NCBI GenBank assembly: GCA_024403715.1
Contig: JAKSRJ010000010.1
Coordinates: 722-64,721 of the forward strand
Origin: Saccharofermentans sp.
GTDB taxonomy: Bacteria > Bacillota > Clostridia > Saccharofermentanales > Saccharofermentanaceae
Direction of reading: 5' to 3'
DNA length: 64,000 bases
Shown: positions 49,083-58,379 of the stretch, piece by piece
Layout: each line of letters begins with the position of its first letter
Numbering within the stretch: the stretch's first letter is position 1
Notes under the pieces: generated by a model
Told to the model about the DNA's origin: nothing
Seen by the model: only the letters and a program-made list of their open reading frames with translations
Databases searched by the model: none
Translations under genes and position numbers: made by a program

Positions 49083-49661
49083 ATGGGACAGATTACTGTT
49101 GAGAAGAATGTAGGTGGAATAGAAGGTCTTTGCATCATAACACCTGCAGTTCACGGTGATAATAGAGGATATTTTACTGAGACTTATTCCCTGAGAGACA
49201 TGGAAGAAGCAGGTATTGATGTTACATTTGTTCAAGATAATCAGTCTGGTTCTACAAAGGGTGTTTTAAGAGGACTTCACTATCAAAAGCAGTTTCCACA
49301 GACAAAGTTAGTTAGAGCTATTCGTGGTGAAGTTTTTGATGTAGCAGTTGATCTTAGATCTAATTCAAAGACTTATGGTCAGTGGTTTGGTGTAGTTTTG
49401 TCTAGTGAGAATAAAAAGCAATTCCTTATCCCTAAGGGTTTTGCGCATGGCTTCCTAGTTTTGTCAGACGAAGCAGAATTCTGCTATAAGTGTGATGATT
49501 TTTACCATCCAGGTGATGAAGGTGGACTTAGATGGAATGATCCTGAGATAGGCATTAACTGGCCAAATGTAGAAGGTGATTCTTTTACAGATGGAACACC
49601 ACTTAATATCAACGACAGAGATCGTAACTTCCCAGGTATTAAGGACACATTTAAATTTTAA
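49083..49661 (+). CDS. rmlC: dTDP-4-dehydrorhamnose 3,5-epimerase
   Basis: DNRGYFTE, FVQDNQS.S.KGVLRGLHYQ, GEVFDVAVDLR, IPKGFAHGF, WNDPEIGINWP. Confidence 0.95.
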   Translation: MGQITVEKNVGGIEGLCIITPAVHGDNRGYFTETYSLRDMEEAGIDVTFVQDNQSGSTKGVLRGLHYQKQFPQTKLVRAIRGEVFDVAVDLRSNSKTYGQWFGVVLSSENKKQFLIPKGFAHGFLVLSDEAEFCYKCDDFYHPGDEGGLRWNDPEIGINWPNVEGDSFTDGTPLNINDRDRNFPGIKDTFKF

Positions 49662-49669
49662 TCTGAATA

Positions 49670-51049
49670 ATGGTTTCTGATAATAAGACTTTATATAGAG
49701 CATATATGATTATGGCCATTGTATTTGGTCTAGCATATATGCTTGTTTTTTCGCCTTGGATAGTCAATGATGCCGATTCGCATATAGGCCAGAGCATTAC
49801 ACTAGCTAATCAGATTATGGGTTTACCAGACAACTATGCGCGTGAATGTGAATCGGATGGAGTAGTTAATTTATTCCCGTTCATTAATGACAATGGCGTT
49901 GTAGGAATATATACTCATCAAGAAAGAATTCATTACGATAATACTATTAAGTATTTTGAATTATTCAGTAAAAGTAATGTCTCGTCAGAACTACCATATT
50001 CTGTCGACTATATGTCCTTTTATGGACTGATAAATTATGTACCATTTGTTTTGGGAATAGTAATTGGACGAGTAGTAGGTCTAGGTTTTATCCCCATGCT
50101 ATATCTGTCTAGGCTGTTGGCTTTTTGCCTTTATACTTACCTAAGTTATAGAGCGATACTTAGAACTCCAATAGGGAAATATGTATTTGCTTTATTTGCT
50201 TTGATACCAACGAATCTTCTGGCCATTACTTCATTTACTTATGACAGTGTAGTGCTAGTAGTATCTTTGAATTTTATAGCTAGCTTTTTCTACTATGAAA
50301 ACAAGCCGAATGACAAATCTGGTCTCATAGAGTTATTTATATGGACATTCCTATTAGGAGGAGTAAAAGGTGGATCACATGCATTTCTTGCCTTAATACT
50401 TCTCACATTAATTAGAAAGAATAAAAAGGAATCAACGAAGGCTATTGCCCTTCTGACTACATGCATCATTTCATTAGTAATATTTGATTTTATTATTCCT
50501 GCTGGTCAGTCGTTTTTTCAGTTGAAGGGAGCAACTACTAGTAATCTGGATTCATCATTCGTTTTTGAACATCCGATAAAATATTTTTTGCTTTGCTTTA
50601 ATACTTATAAAGAATTAGGTCTGGTTTTCTATCTTCAAATGTTTGGAACTAATCCAACTAATTGTGATTTTATTTCAGAGATGATTTTGCCTGCAATATT
50701 GTTCTCTTTGATTATTCCTATATGCGCCTTAGCTGACAATAAAAATAGCAATAAACTTATCGATAGAAGTCATATATTATTGGCTTTGATTATTAATGCT
50801 ATAGCACTACTTTTTATTCCTGCTATGCTATTGAGAGAAACAGGAGTTAACGATGAGATAATCTCAGGAATACAGGGAAGATATTATATTCCACTCCTTC
50901 CTATTCTCTATTTGTGTATAGCTAGATTACTCGGAAATAAAATAAGTGATAAAGCAACAGCAAGGATTAGAAGTGCAAGTATTGTCTTGTTTGGAATAAT
51001 TAATTGCGCTGTAATATACTTATGTTTGAACATTTTTTATAAGAGGTAA
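49670..51049 (+). CDS. DUF2142-like GT-C membrane protein
   Basis: SPWIVNDADSH (P...PDE..H-like loop), YVPFVLGI.IGR, YLSRL, TPIGK, SFTYD, GIQGRYYIP. Confidence 0.7.
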   Translation: MVSDNKTLYRAYMIMAIVFGLAYMLVFSPWIVNDADSHIGQSITLANQIMGLPDNYARECESDGVVNLFPFINDNGVVGIYTHQERIHYDNTIKYFELFSKSNVSSELPYSVDYMSFYGLINYVPFVLGIVIGRVVGLGFIPMLYLSRLLAFCLYTYLSYRAILRTPIGKYVFALFALIPTNLLAITSFTYDSVVLVVSLNFIASFFYYENKPNDKSGLIELFIWTFLLGGVKGGSHAFLALILLTLIRKNKKESTKAIALLTTCIISLVIFDFIIPAGQSFFQLKGATTSNLDSSFVFEHPIKYFLLCFNTYKELGLVFYLQMFGTNPTNCDFISEMILPAILFSLIIPICALADNKNSNKLIDRSHILLALIINAIALLFIPAMLLRETGVNDEIISGIQGRYYIPLLPILYLCIARLLGNKISDKATARIRSASIVLFGIINCAVIYLCLNIFYKR

Positions 51050-51054
51050 TAAAG

Positions 51055-52116
51055 ATGATACCTATAGTAATTCCATCTTATGAGCCAGATGAGAGATTTC
51101 CTGCAATCTTGAAGGATATTAAGGAGTCTGGATTGGGACCTGTCATTGTCGTTGATGATGGTAGTGGCTCTGATTATAGAAAATACTTTGACGAAGCTTA
51201 TGAGCTAATCAAAGATAATGGTGGAATTGTATTAACACATGAAGTTAATAAGGGAAAAGGAAGAGGATTAAAAACAGCATTTACCTATATCTTGGAAAAC
51301 TTGCCTGATGCAATCGGATGTATTACAGCGGATTCCGATGGACAGCATAGCGTAAAGTGTATTAAGTCATGCATGGATGCTCTTGAGAAGCAACCTGAGG
51401 CGCTTATTCTTGGCGTAAGAGATTTTAGTGGCGAAGAAGTACCTTTTAAGTCTCGTTTTGGAAATAATATGACTATTAAGGTGTGCGACTTCTTGTGTGG
51501 TGTTAAGGTGTCTGATACTCAGACTGGATTACGTGGTATTTCTCGAGATTTCATGAAGTACTTGCTTGATGTTCAGGGTGAGCGATTTGAATTTGAGACT
51601 AGAATGCTTATTGAGACTCGTGACCGTTGCCCTATAGTAGAAGTACCGATTGAGACTATTTATGATTCAAAGGAGAACCATCAGACTCATTTTAATCCTA
51701 TTAAGGATTCAATTCGTATCTATAAAATATTTGGTATATATTTTGTTAAATACTTAATCTCTTCTGTTTCTTCTTTTGTTATTGACATATTGCTGTTTGC
51801 TCTATTCTGCAAGCTCCTTGGCAACAACGCGGAAACTCCCTTTTATGCTACAACAGCTACTGTTATGGCGAGAGTGATTTCAGCTATATACAATTACCTA
51901 ATGAACTATAAATTTGTATTTACTAGTAAAAGAAGTCATAAGAGTAGTGCGCCTAGATATATTATACTTGCGATTATTCAGATGCTTTTAAGTGCTGGAA
52001 TAGTAACAGGTTTATTATTCGTTTTTGCTGGAGTACCAGAAGTGGCGATTAAAATCCCAGTAGATTTGGTGCTCTTTTTGCTCAGTTACTATGTTCAGAG
52101 ACGCTTTGTTTACTAA
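51055..52116 (+). CDS. Bifunctional GT2 / GtrA-like flippase fusion
   Basis: VIPSYEPD, VVDDGSG, NKGKGRGLKTAF, TADSDGQH, DTQTGLRG, RFEFET. C-terminal 4-TM GtrA domain (SSVSSFVID..LF, ARVISAIYNYLMN.KFVF, SYYVQRRFVY). Confidence 0.88.
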   Translation: MIPIVIPSYEPDERFPAILKDIKESGLGPVIVVDDGSGSDYRKYFDEAYELIKDNGGIVLTHEVNKGKGRGLKTAFTYILENLPDAIGCITADSDGQHSVKCIKSCMDALEKQPEALILGVRDFSGEEVPFKSRFGNNMTIKVCDFLCGVKVSDTQTGLRGISRDFMKYLLDVQGERFEFETRMLIETRDRCPIVEVPIETIYDSKENHQTHFNPIKDSIRIYKIFGIYFVKYLISSVSSFVIDILLFALFCKLLGNNAETPFYATTATVMARVISAIYNYLMNYKFVFTSKRSHKSSAPRYIILAIIQMLLSAGIVTGLLFVFAGVPEVAIKIPVDLVLFLLSYYVQRRFVY

Positions 52117-52117
52117 G

Positions 52118-52621
52118 ATGAAGAATAACAGAATTATTTATCCTATAATTGCAGTATTAATAGCTCTATTTACTGTTATTTGTATTAAGTGGCCTGATAA
52201 ATCGAAGCCGCTGGGGGATGAATACTCGTGCCACATTTATTCACAGAATAAGTTTTATCAGTTTTTTCCTATGAAATTTGATGATCATTATGTACTCAAG
52301 CGTGGTATGGATACTGTTTTTGACTGTGAATGGAACTTTGTATATGACGATGAAGCCGGAGCTTATGATTTATATACTGTATACGGAAATGAAAGCATAT
52401 ATGTTACTTTAAATGACAATAACGAATTGGAGTTAACGGATTCCTGTGTAGATAATACTGATAGGTGGAATTTGATTAAGATAGGTAACAGTCAGTTCTA
52501 TGCGATTGTAAATGCATCTAGTGATTATGCAATCAGATTTATTGAGGGTGGGCAAGGAGATTTTGGTTCTGCTGCTATATTTGATATAGATAACTTTGAG
52601 TTTTGGATGAGACTTCAATGA
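52118..52621 (+). CDS. Membrane-anchored ricin/beta-trefoil-like protein
   Basis: N-terminal TM. DRWNLIKIGNSQFYAIVNASSDYAI resembles a ricin-type repeat. Similar to the central domain of the next ORF. Confidence 0.45.
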   Translation: MKNNRIIYPIIAVLIALFTVICIKWPDKSKPLGDEYSCHIYSQNKFYQFFPMKFDDHYVLKRGMDTVFDCEWNFVYDDEAGAYDLYTVYGNESIYVTLNDNNELELTDSCVDNTDRWNLIKIGNSQFYAIVNASSDYAIRFIEGGQGDFGSAAIFDIDNFEFWMRLQ

Positions 52622-54303
52622 ACATCAATTCGATAAAAAACATAATAAAAGCAATTGACTGGTATGCATTTTTGTATTCAGGCATATTTGCTTTGCTCCT
52701 TATTGATTATTTTGCACTTATGTCTCCAAGTTTTTATGGATTGCCCAATGGATACAGTGGTGCAATAAGAATAGCTCTTGGAATATGTGCCATCTTAAGA
52801 ACAATAAGCAAATGCGACAAACTTAAATCACCAGCAGGATTAATTCTTTCTATATTAGCTGGTATAGGGTTTGCGGTTTATTTTGGAACTAGTCATCTGT
52901 TCTTATTAGATATAGCGCTGTTAATTCTATGCTCAATAGGAATTAAGCCAATCCGATTTACTTGTGGGCTATTTGTGACCAGCCTTTCAAGTTTGGTCGT
53001 AACCATTCTCCTAGCAAAGAAGGGGTACATTCGCACATATTTTTTTAATGGATTTAATGCTATGGGTTTTACTAAAAGCTATTATGCCGTAATTGTTATT
53101 GCTCTGGCAGTAATTAGCTTTATCCTTACTATTGTTTTTTATATTGTAAATCGTAAAAGCATTAAGTATACCGAGGTTGCTTACGCACTAATTATTGGTG
53201 CGATTAGTGTAAGCGTTGTCTTTGTTGCTGTATTAAGGCTAGATAGAACAAGAGCTATCCCTGATGGTAGTTATACTATCTATTCAGGTGACTCCATCCA
53301 GGGCATCGAAATGCATATGCACGGCATAGAAAACTACGACTTAAGCTTTGACACACATGAAGCTACAAGCTTTGATATTAGGTGGGAAGGCCAATATTAC
53401 GGAATTTATGCTGATACTGATGGAGTAGAGCGTAGCCTTTGCGTAGTAGACGGAGAGCTTAAGCTTGGAGATTATGATACATCTAAGGCTGCCCATTGCT
53501 GGGTTATTGAGTCTATGCCTAATTCTCCGTATTTTTGGATACAAAATGCTGAGACTGGCTATTTGATTGGAATATCTGAAACAGGTGCTCTAAGACTTCA
53601 GATGCAAGAAGTTCAGGGAAGAATACACGAGATGTTCATGCTTAGATTAGGAGATGAGAACTTAGATTATTTTAAAAGTATTTCTACAATTTCTACTGAA
53701 AAGATAGATATCTCTGAGGCTACTTATAATTTTAATGTAACGACGGATTATACAGGAGAAGCTGTAACAGGAGATTTAAGTCTTAATTATGACGGTGTTG
53801 AACTCTCTGAAGGACGAGATTATTCCGTTGAATATGTTAATAACTATTATCCAGGGCAAGCAAATGTATATGTTCGTGGAATAGGCAATTATAGTGGCGA
53901 GATAGTTATTAATTACACTATTACTATTGAAGATACTTTTGCTGAATACTCGAATGGCGATAAGGTTCAAGATTATATATTCCGAGCATTCAGATTAGGT
54001 TTTAATAGACTCCCAACACCAGAAGAATTCTATGAATTTAAGGAATTTATTTGCATTACAATGCAAACTCCAGACGCTTTACTTTGGCTTTTACTTGATA
54101 ATGGTGCGTTTGCTGATTCTGATACCGAATTAGTAGAAGGTATTTATCGTTTGATGCTTCAGCGTAATGGAACTAGAGGGGAGTATGATTTATGGGTAAA
54201 TGCTCTTGAATCTGGAACTCCTAGATATGCTGTGATAGATGAAATAGTGAACAGCTATGACTATCAGACAATTTGGCCTTTTTTCAATCTCAACTTTCAT
54301 TAA
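52618..54303 (+). CDS. Chimeric membrane protein: Wzy-like N-half + ricin-like + Ig-like (YTG) + DUF4214-like domains
   Basis: TMs similar to the 5361 ORF N-half. WVIESMPNSPYFWIQNAETGYLI is ricin-like. YTGEAV...L.EGRDYSVEYVNN..PGQANV.VRGIGNYSG is an Ig-like repeat. IYRLMLQR.....EYDLWVNALESG.PRYAVI..IVNS.DY is DUF4214-like. ATGA start at 52618. Confidence 0.55.
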   Translation: MNINSIKNIIKAIDWYAFLYSGIFALLLIDYFALMSPSFYGLPNGYSGAIRIALGICAILRTISKCDKLKSPAGLILSILAGIGFAVYFGTSHLFLLDIALLILCSIGIKPIRFTCGLFVTSLSSLVVTILLAKKGYIRTYFFNGFNAMGFTKSYYAVIVIALAVISFILTIVFYIVNRKSIKYTEVAYALIIGAISVSVVFVAVLRLDRTRAIPDGSYTIYSGDSIQGIEMHMHGIENYDLSFDTHEATSFDIRWEGQYYGIYADTDGVERSLCVVDGELKLGDYDTSKAAHCWVIESMPNSPYFWIQNAETGYLIGISETGALRLQMQEVQGRIHEMFMLRLGDENLDYFKSISTISTEKIDISEATYNFNVTTDYTGEAVTGDLSLNYDGVELSEGRDYSVEYVNNYYPGQANVYVRGIGNYSGEIVINYTITIEDTFAEYSNGDKVQDYIFRAFRLGFNRLPTPEEFYEFKEFICITMQTPDALLWLLLDNGAFADSDTELVEGIYRLMLQRNGTRGEYDLWVNALESGTPRYAVIDEIVNSYDYQTIWPFFNLNFH

Positions 54304-54309
54304 TAAAGG

Positions 54310-54318
54310 TGATATAAT
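54310..54318 (+). promoter_or_regulatory. Extended -10 promoter for module B
   Basis: Perfect TGATATAAT at 54310-54318, followed by a GGAAGGAG SD before ATG 54343. Confidence 0.6.
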
Positions 54319-54342
54319 TCACAACTTGGAAGGAGAGAATAA

Positions 54343-55584
54343 ATGCTAAATCTTTATATCGATCCCGGAACGGGAAGTATGTTGTTCTCTATACTTATTG
54401 GTATTGTGGGAATAGTCGTTTACTTTATGAGAACGGCTCTTGTTAAAGTTAAGTTTATTCTTTCTGGTGGACGTAAGGTAAAGGCAGATAAAAATAAATT
54501 ACCAATCGTAATTTTCTCCGATCATAAGAGATACTGGAATGTATTTGGTCCAATATGTGATGAACTCGATAGACGTGGCCAAGAGGCATATTTCTACACG
54601 GCTTCTCCTGATGATCCGGCTTTGGAAGCATCTAAGAATTATAAGCATGTTAGATGTGAGTTTATTGGAGAAGGAAATAAAGCATTTTCAAAGCTCAATA
54701 TGCTTAATGCCTATATTGTGTTATCAACAACTCCAGGTCTTAATGTATATCAATGGAAGCGTTCTAAGACAGTTAATTACTATGTTCATATTTTGCATGC
54801 TCCTGGTAATCTATCCCTCTATAGAATGTTTGGTACTGATTATTATGATGCGCTTTTATTATCTGGTGAGCACCAAGCTGAGCAGTGCCGTAAGCTAGAG
54901 GCTCTTCGTAATTTGCCTAACAAGGAGATAAAGTTCGTAGGACTTAACTTCCTCGATGCTCAGAAGAAGAGATTGGAATCTACTCCTATTGTTAAGAACG
55001 AGGTAACTACTGTTCTTCTTGCACCTTCTTGGGGACCTTCAGGAATTCTTACTAAGTATGGAGCTTCGTTTATTGATGAACTCATTAAGACTGGTTATAA
55101 CGTAATAATTAGACCTCATCCGCAGTCCTTTTCTTCTGAGAAAGCTATGCTTGATAGCCTTATGGCTAAGTATCCTGACAACGCGAATCTTTCTTGGAAC
55201 AGGGATAATGATAATTTCGAGGCACTATCTAAGGCCGATATTATGATTTCAGATTTCTCAGGAGTTATCTTTGACTTCTTGCTTGTATTTGATAAGCCTG
55301 TTATGTATGCAAATGCAGAGTTTAAAAAGGATCCATACGATGCTTGGTGGCTTCCAGAGACGCCATGGACATTTGAAGTTTTGCCTACAGTTGGTAAGCA
55401 GATAACAGACGAGTCCATGGGTAATCTTAAGGCAATGATAGACGAGTGCATTACTAATCCTTCGTATAAGGCAGCAAGAGATGAAGTAAGAGCTAAGGCG
55501 TGGAAAAACATCGGAGGCGCTACTAATTCTGTCTGCGATTACCTTATTAATAAATTAAGTGATTTATCGGAGGAAAATGCATGA
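54343..55584 (+). CDS. LYIDP-anchored CDP-glycerol glycerophosphotransferase (TagB/TagF-like) protein (module B)
   Basis: N-terminus MLNLYIDPGTGSML plus TM plus basic stretch. VLLAPSWG, VIIRPHPQ, ADIMISDFSGVIFDF, KPV. Colinear with the C-terminal domain of the 41591 ORF. Confidence 0.8.
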   Translation: MLNLYIDPGTGSMLFSILIGIVGIVVYFMRTALVKVKFILSGGRKVKADKNKLPIVIFSDHKRYWNVFGPICDELDRRGQEAYFYTASPDDPALEASKNYKHVRCEFIGEGNKAFSKLNMLNAYIVLSTTPGLNVYQWKRSKTVNYYVHILHAPGNLSLYRMFGTDYYDALLLSGEHQAEQCRKLEALRNLPNKEIKFVGLNFLDAQKKRLESTPIVKNEVTTVLLAPSWGPSGILTKYGASFIDELIKTGYNVIIRPHPQSFSSEKAMLDSLMAKYPDNANLSWNRDNDNFEALSKADIMISDFSGVIFDFLLVFDKPVMYANAEFKKDPYDAWWLPETPWTFEVLPTVGKQITDESMGNLKAMIDECITNPSYKAARDEVRAKAWKNIGGATNSVCDYLINKLSDLSEENA

Positions 55585-58379
55585 TTCCTTCATTATTGAC
55601 GATACTTTATACATTGATTATCTACCCATTGGAGCTTTTCTTTGAGGTAGTATTTACGGTTGCTAATAGAATTGTAGGGCATCCAGGCTGGGCGATAATT
55701 ATTTTAAGCTTAGCTGTTAACTTCTTGGTGTTGCCTCTGTACAAGAATGCCGATGAGGTTCAAAAAAAGGAAAGAGACCTAGAAGCTAAGCTTGCTCCGG
55801 GCATTGATCATATTAAGAAGACCTTTAAGGGTGATGAGCGTATGATGATGCTTCAGACCTACTATAATCAGAACAATTACTCACCTCTTTTTGTGCTTAA
55901 GGGTTCAGTATCTCTTTTACTTCAGATTCCTTTTTTTACTGCTGCGTATAGATTCTTATCAGGGCTTAATCTTATTAGAGGTATTTCTTTTGGTCCTATC
56001 CTAGACTTGGGAAGCCCAGACCATATGTTAGTTATCGCAGGAATTAGCATTAATGTACTTCCTATTTTAATGACCCTTATAAATTTTATATCTGGTTATG
56101 TTTATACCAAGGATTTACCTTTGAAGAATAAGGTTCAGCTTTATGGTATGGCAGTAATATTCTTGGTGCTCCTTTATAACTCACCAGCAGGTCTAGCGTT
56201 CTACTGGACTTTGAACAATTTATTCTCACTTCTTAAGAACGTTTTCTATCGTTTTAAACGTCCTGGATTTGTCTTGTCTGTAGTTAGTGCAGTAGTTGGT
56301 GCAATAATTATTCTTTATGTAAACACAGGATATGATGCCCCATATGTTGCTAGAGAGATAAAACTGACTATATTTGGAGCAGCTTTGATAATTCCGTTCC
56401 TAATTGTAGTTTGGCATAGTAAGCCTAGTAATCTTTGGGCAAAGATTACATCTAAATTTGTATATTCAAAGTTTAAACGTGCGATGTTCTTCTTAAGTGG
56501 AACTTTTATGACGGTATTTACTGGCTTTTTCATTCCATCTGGAGTAATTAAAACTTCACCTTCGGAGTTTATTGATGCTGCATCATATAGAAGCCCAAAC
56601 TATTACATTATTTACGCTGCTTGTATTGCAGCCGGCGTTTTCCTTGTTTGGGGAGGCATTTTCTTCTCTTTATCAAAAGATAATATTAAAGCCTTGATGA
56701 GCTACATATGGTGGGCTTTATGTCCTGCAGCGGTAGTTACATATATGTTCTTTGGAACTAAGCTTGGAAATTTGTCTACTGATCTTATATATGATGAGCC
56801 TTTTAAGCATTCTATCTCTCAGCAATTACTAAATGCGATTGCAATAGTAGTTGCTGTAGCGATTATGTTTGTTATATATCGCTATTTTAAGAAGATAACA
56901 GAGACTTTTGTTTTTGCTTTAATTATCGCAGCGTATGCTATCAGTTTTGTGAATATGATGGGCATACAGTCCTCGTATTCAAAACTAGCAACATATACCG
57001 GTGGCGAAACAGATCTTGCATCAATACCGCTTTCGACAGAAGGCCAAAATGTTATGGTCATTATGCTCGACAGAGCTCCTGGCTATCTTGTTCCTTATAT
57101 TTTTAATGAGATTCCAGAACTTCAGGAACAGTTTGATGGATTTACGTATTATCCAAATACTTTGGCGTATGGTTCACATACAAAATTTGCAGCGCCAGCT
57201 TTATTTGGTGGATATGAGTACACACCACAAGCTCTTTGTGCTAATGATGAAGTAACCATGGGAGAGAAACATAATCAGGCTCTACTTATGATGCCGATGA
57301 TGTTCAGAGATATTGGATACGATGTAACTGTTTGTGATCCGCCTTTCGCTGGGTATGAATGGGTGCCTAATCTAGAGTGCTTCGAGGAAGAAGGCATTGA
57401 TGCCTATATTACCAAGGGAAGATTTGTCGATATTGAAGCCGATTTTTCAGCTTCACAGGATCGAATGTGGCTTAGAAACTTCTTTTTGTATTCCATCTTT
57501 AAGATATCACCGCTCGCAATACAGAATAATATTTACGATGCAGGTCACTATAATCAGGCTGATATTGGTTTTAGTGCTGGTTCAGAAGACGTAGAATTTA
57601 CAACGCCACAAACAATAGCGAATAAATCTGAATCCACAGGTGTTTCTCAGGTATTCATGAATGCATATACAGTATTAACTAATCTTGCTCGTATTACAGA
57701 TATAAATGATAGTGAGCAGAATACGTTTATGTACATCAACAACGTTACTACACATAATACGATGATGCTATCTGAACCATCTTATGAGCCAGCAGAGATT
57801 GTAGATAATACAGTATTCGATAGAGAGCATACAGATAGATTTACATATAACGGTATGACTCTTTCTATGAATTCAGCACCGGCGATGTCTCATTATCAGT
57901 GTAATGTGGCAGCTTATATTCAGCTTGGAGAGTATTTTGATTATTTACGTTCAATGGGAGTTTGGGATAATACCAGAATTATTGTTGTATCTGACCATGG
58001 TCCGACGGCTGATATGTTTGGAGGAAGCATGAATATCAGAGATGTTAATGTCGAGAGCTTCAATTGCCTTCTTATGGTTAAGGATTTTGGTGATACAGGC
58101 TTTACTACATGCAATGACTTTATGACTAATGCTGATGTTCCTTACATTACGACGCTTGGATTAATTGATAATCCAATTAATCCTTTTACTGGAAATCCAA
58201 TTACCATAGATGGTAGATATAATGATCACCTTATTTATAATTCTGCAGACTGGAATGTTGAAGGTTCAGACACTATTGCTACAAGAGAAGCATTGACCTT
58301 TAGCCCTGGTGATTGGTATTCTTTTAACGGAACAAATATCCTTAGCAGAAGTTCATGGGAGTACGTTGGAGAACGATGA
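55581..58379 (+). CDS. YidC/Oxa1-like domain fused to membrane sulfatase/LtaS-like domain (module B)
   Basis: GWAIIILSLAVNFLVLPL, LLLQIPFF.A.Y, LPILM, SPAGLAFYWTLNNLFS (YidC-like). Then further TMs and NVMVIMLDR, FDGFTYYPNT, HTKFA, MGVWDNTRIIVVSDHG, MTNADVP. Confidence 0.8.
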   Translation: MIPSLLTILYTLIIYPLELFFEVVFTVANRIVGHPGWAIIILSLAVNFLVLPLYKNADEVQKKERDLEAKLAPGIDHIKKTFKGDERMMMLQTYYNQNNYSPLFVLKGSVSLLLQIPFFTAAYRFLSGLNLIRGISFGPILDLGSPDHMLVIAGISINVLPILMTLINFISGYVYTKDLPLKNKVQLYGMAVIFLVLLYNSPAGLAFYWTLNNLFSLLKNVFYRFKRPGFVLSVVSAVVGAIIILYVNTGYDAPYVAREIKLTIFGAALIIPFLIVVWHSKPSNLWAKITSKFVYSKFKRAMFFLSGTFMTVFTGFFIPSGVIKTSPSEFIDAASYRSPNYYIIYAACIAAGVFLVWGGIFFSLSKDNIKALMSYIWWALCPAAVVTYMFFGTKLGNLSTDLIYDEPFKHSISQQLLNAIAIVVAVAIMFVIYRYFKKITETFVFALIIAAYAISFVNMMGIQSSYSKLATYTGGETDLASIPLSTEGQNVMVIMLDRAPGYLVPYIFNEIPELQEQFDGFTYYPNTLAYGSHTKFAAPALFGGYEYTPQALCANDEVTMGEKHNQALLMMPMMFRDIGYDVTVCDPPFAGYEWVPNLECFEEEGIDAYITKGRFVDIEADFSASQDRMWLRNFFLYSIFKISPLAIQNNIYDAGHYNQADIGFSAGSEDVEFTTPQTIANKSESTGVSQVFMNAYTVLTNLARITDINDSEQNTFMYINNVTTHNTMMLSEPSYEPAEIVDNTVFDREHTDRFTYNGMTLSMNSAPAMSHYQCNVAAYIQLGEYFDYLRSMGVWDNTRIIVVSDHGPTADMFGGSMNIRDVNVESFNCLLMVKDFGDTGFTTCNDFMTNADVPYITTLGLIDNPINPFTGNPITIDGRYNDHLIYNSADWNVEGSDTIATREALTFSPGDWYSFNGTNILSRSSWEYVGER

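Noticed and set aside
41591-58379. Annotation of the YidC-like ORFs as the housekeeping insertase
   Set aside because: No rpmH/rnpA/jag context, both are fused to enzymes, and the groove Arg is substituted.
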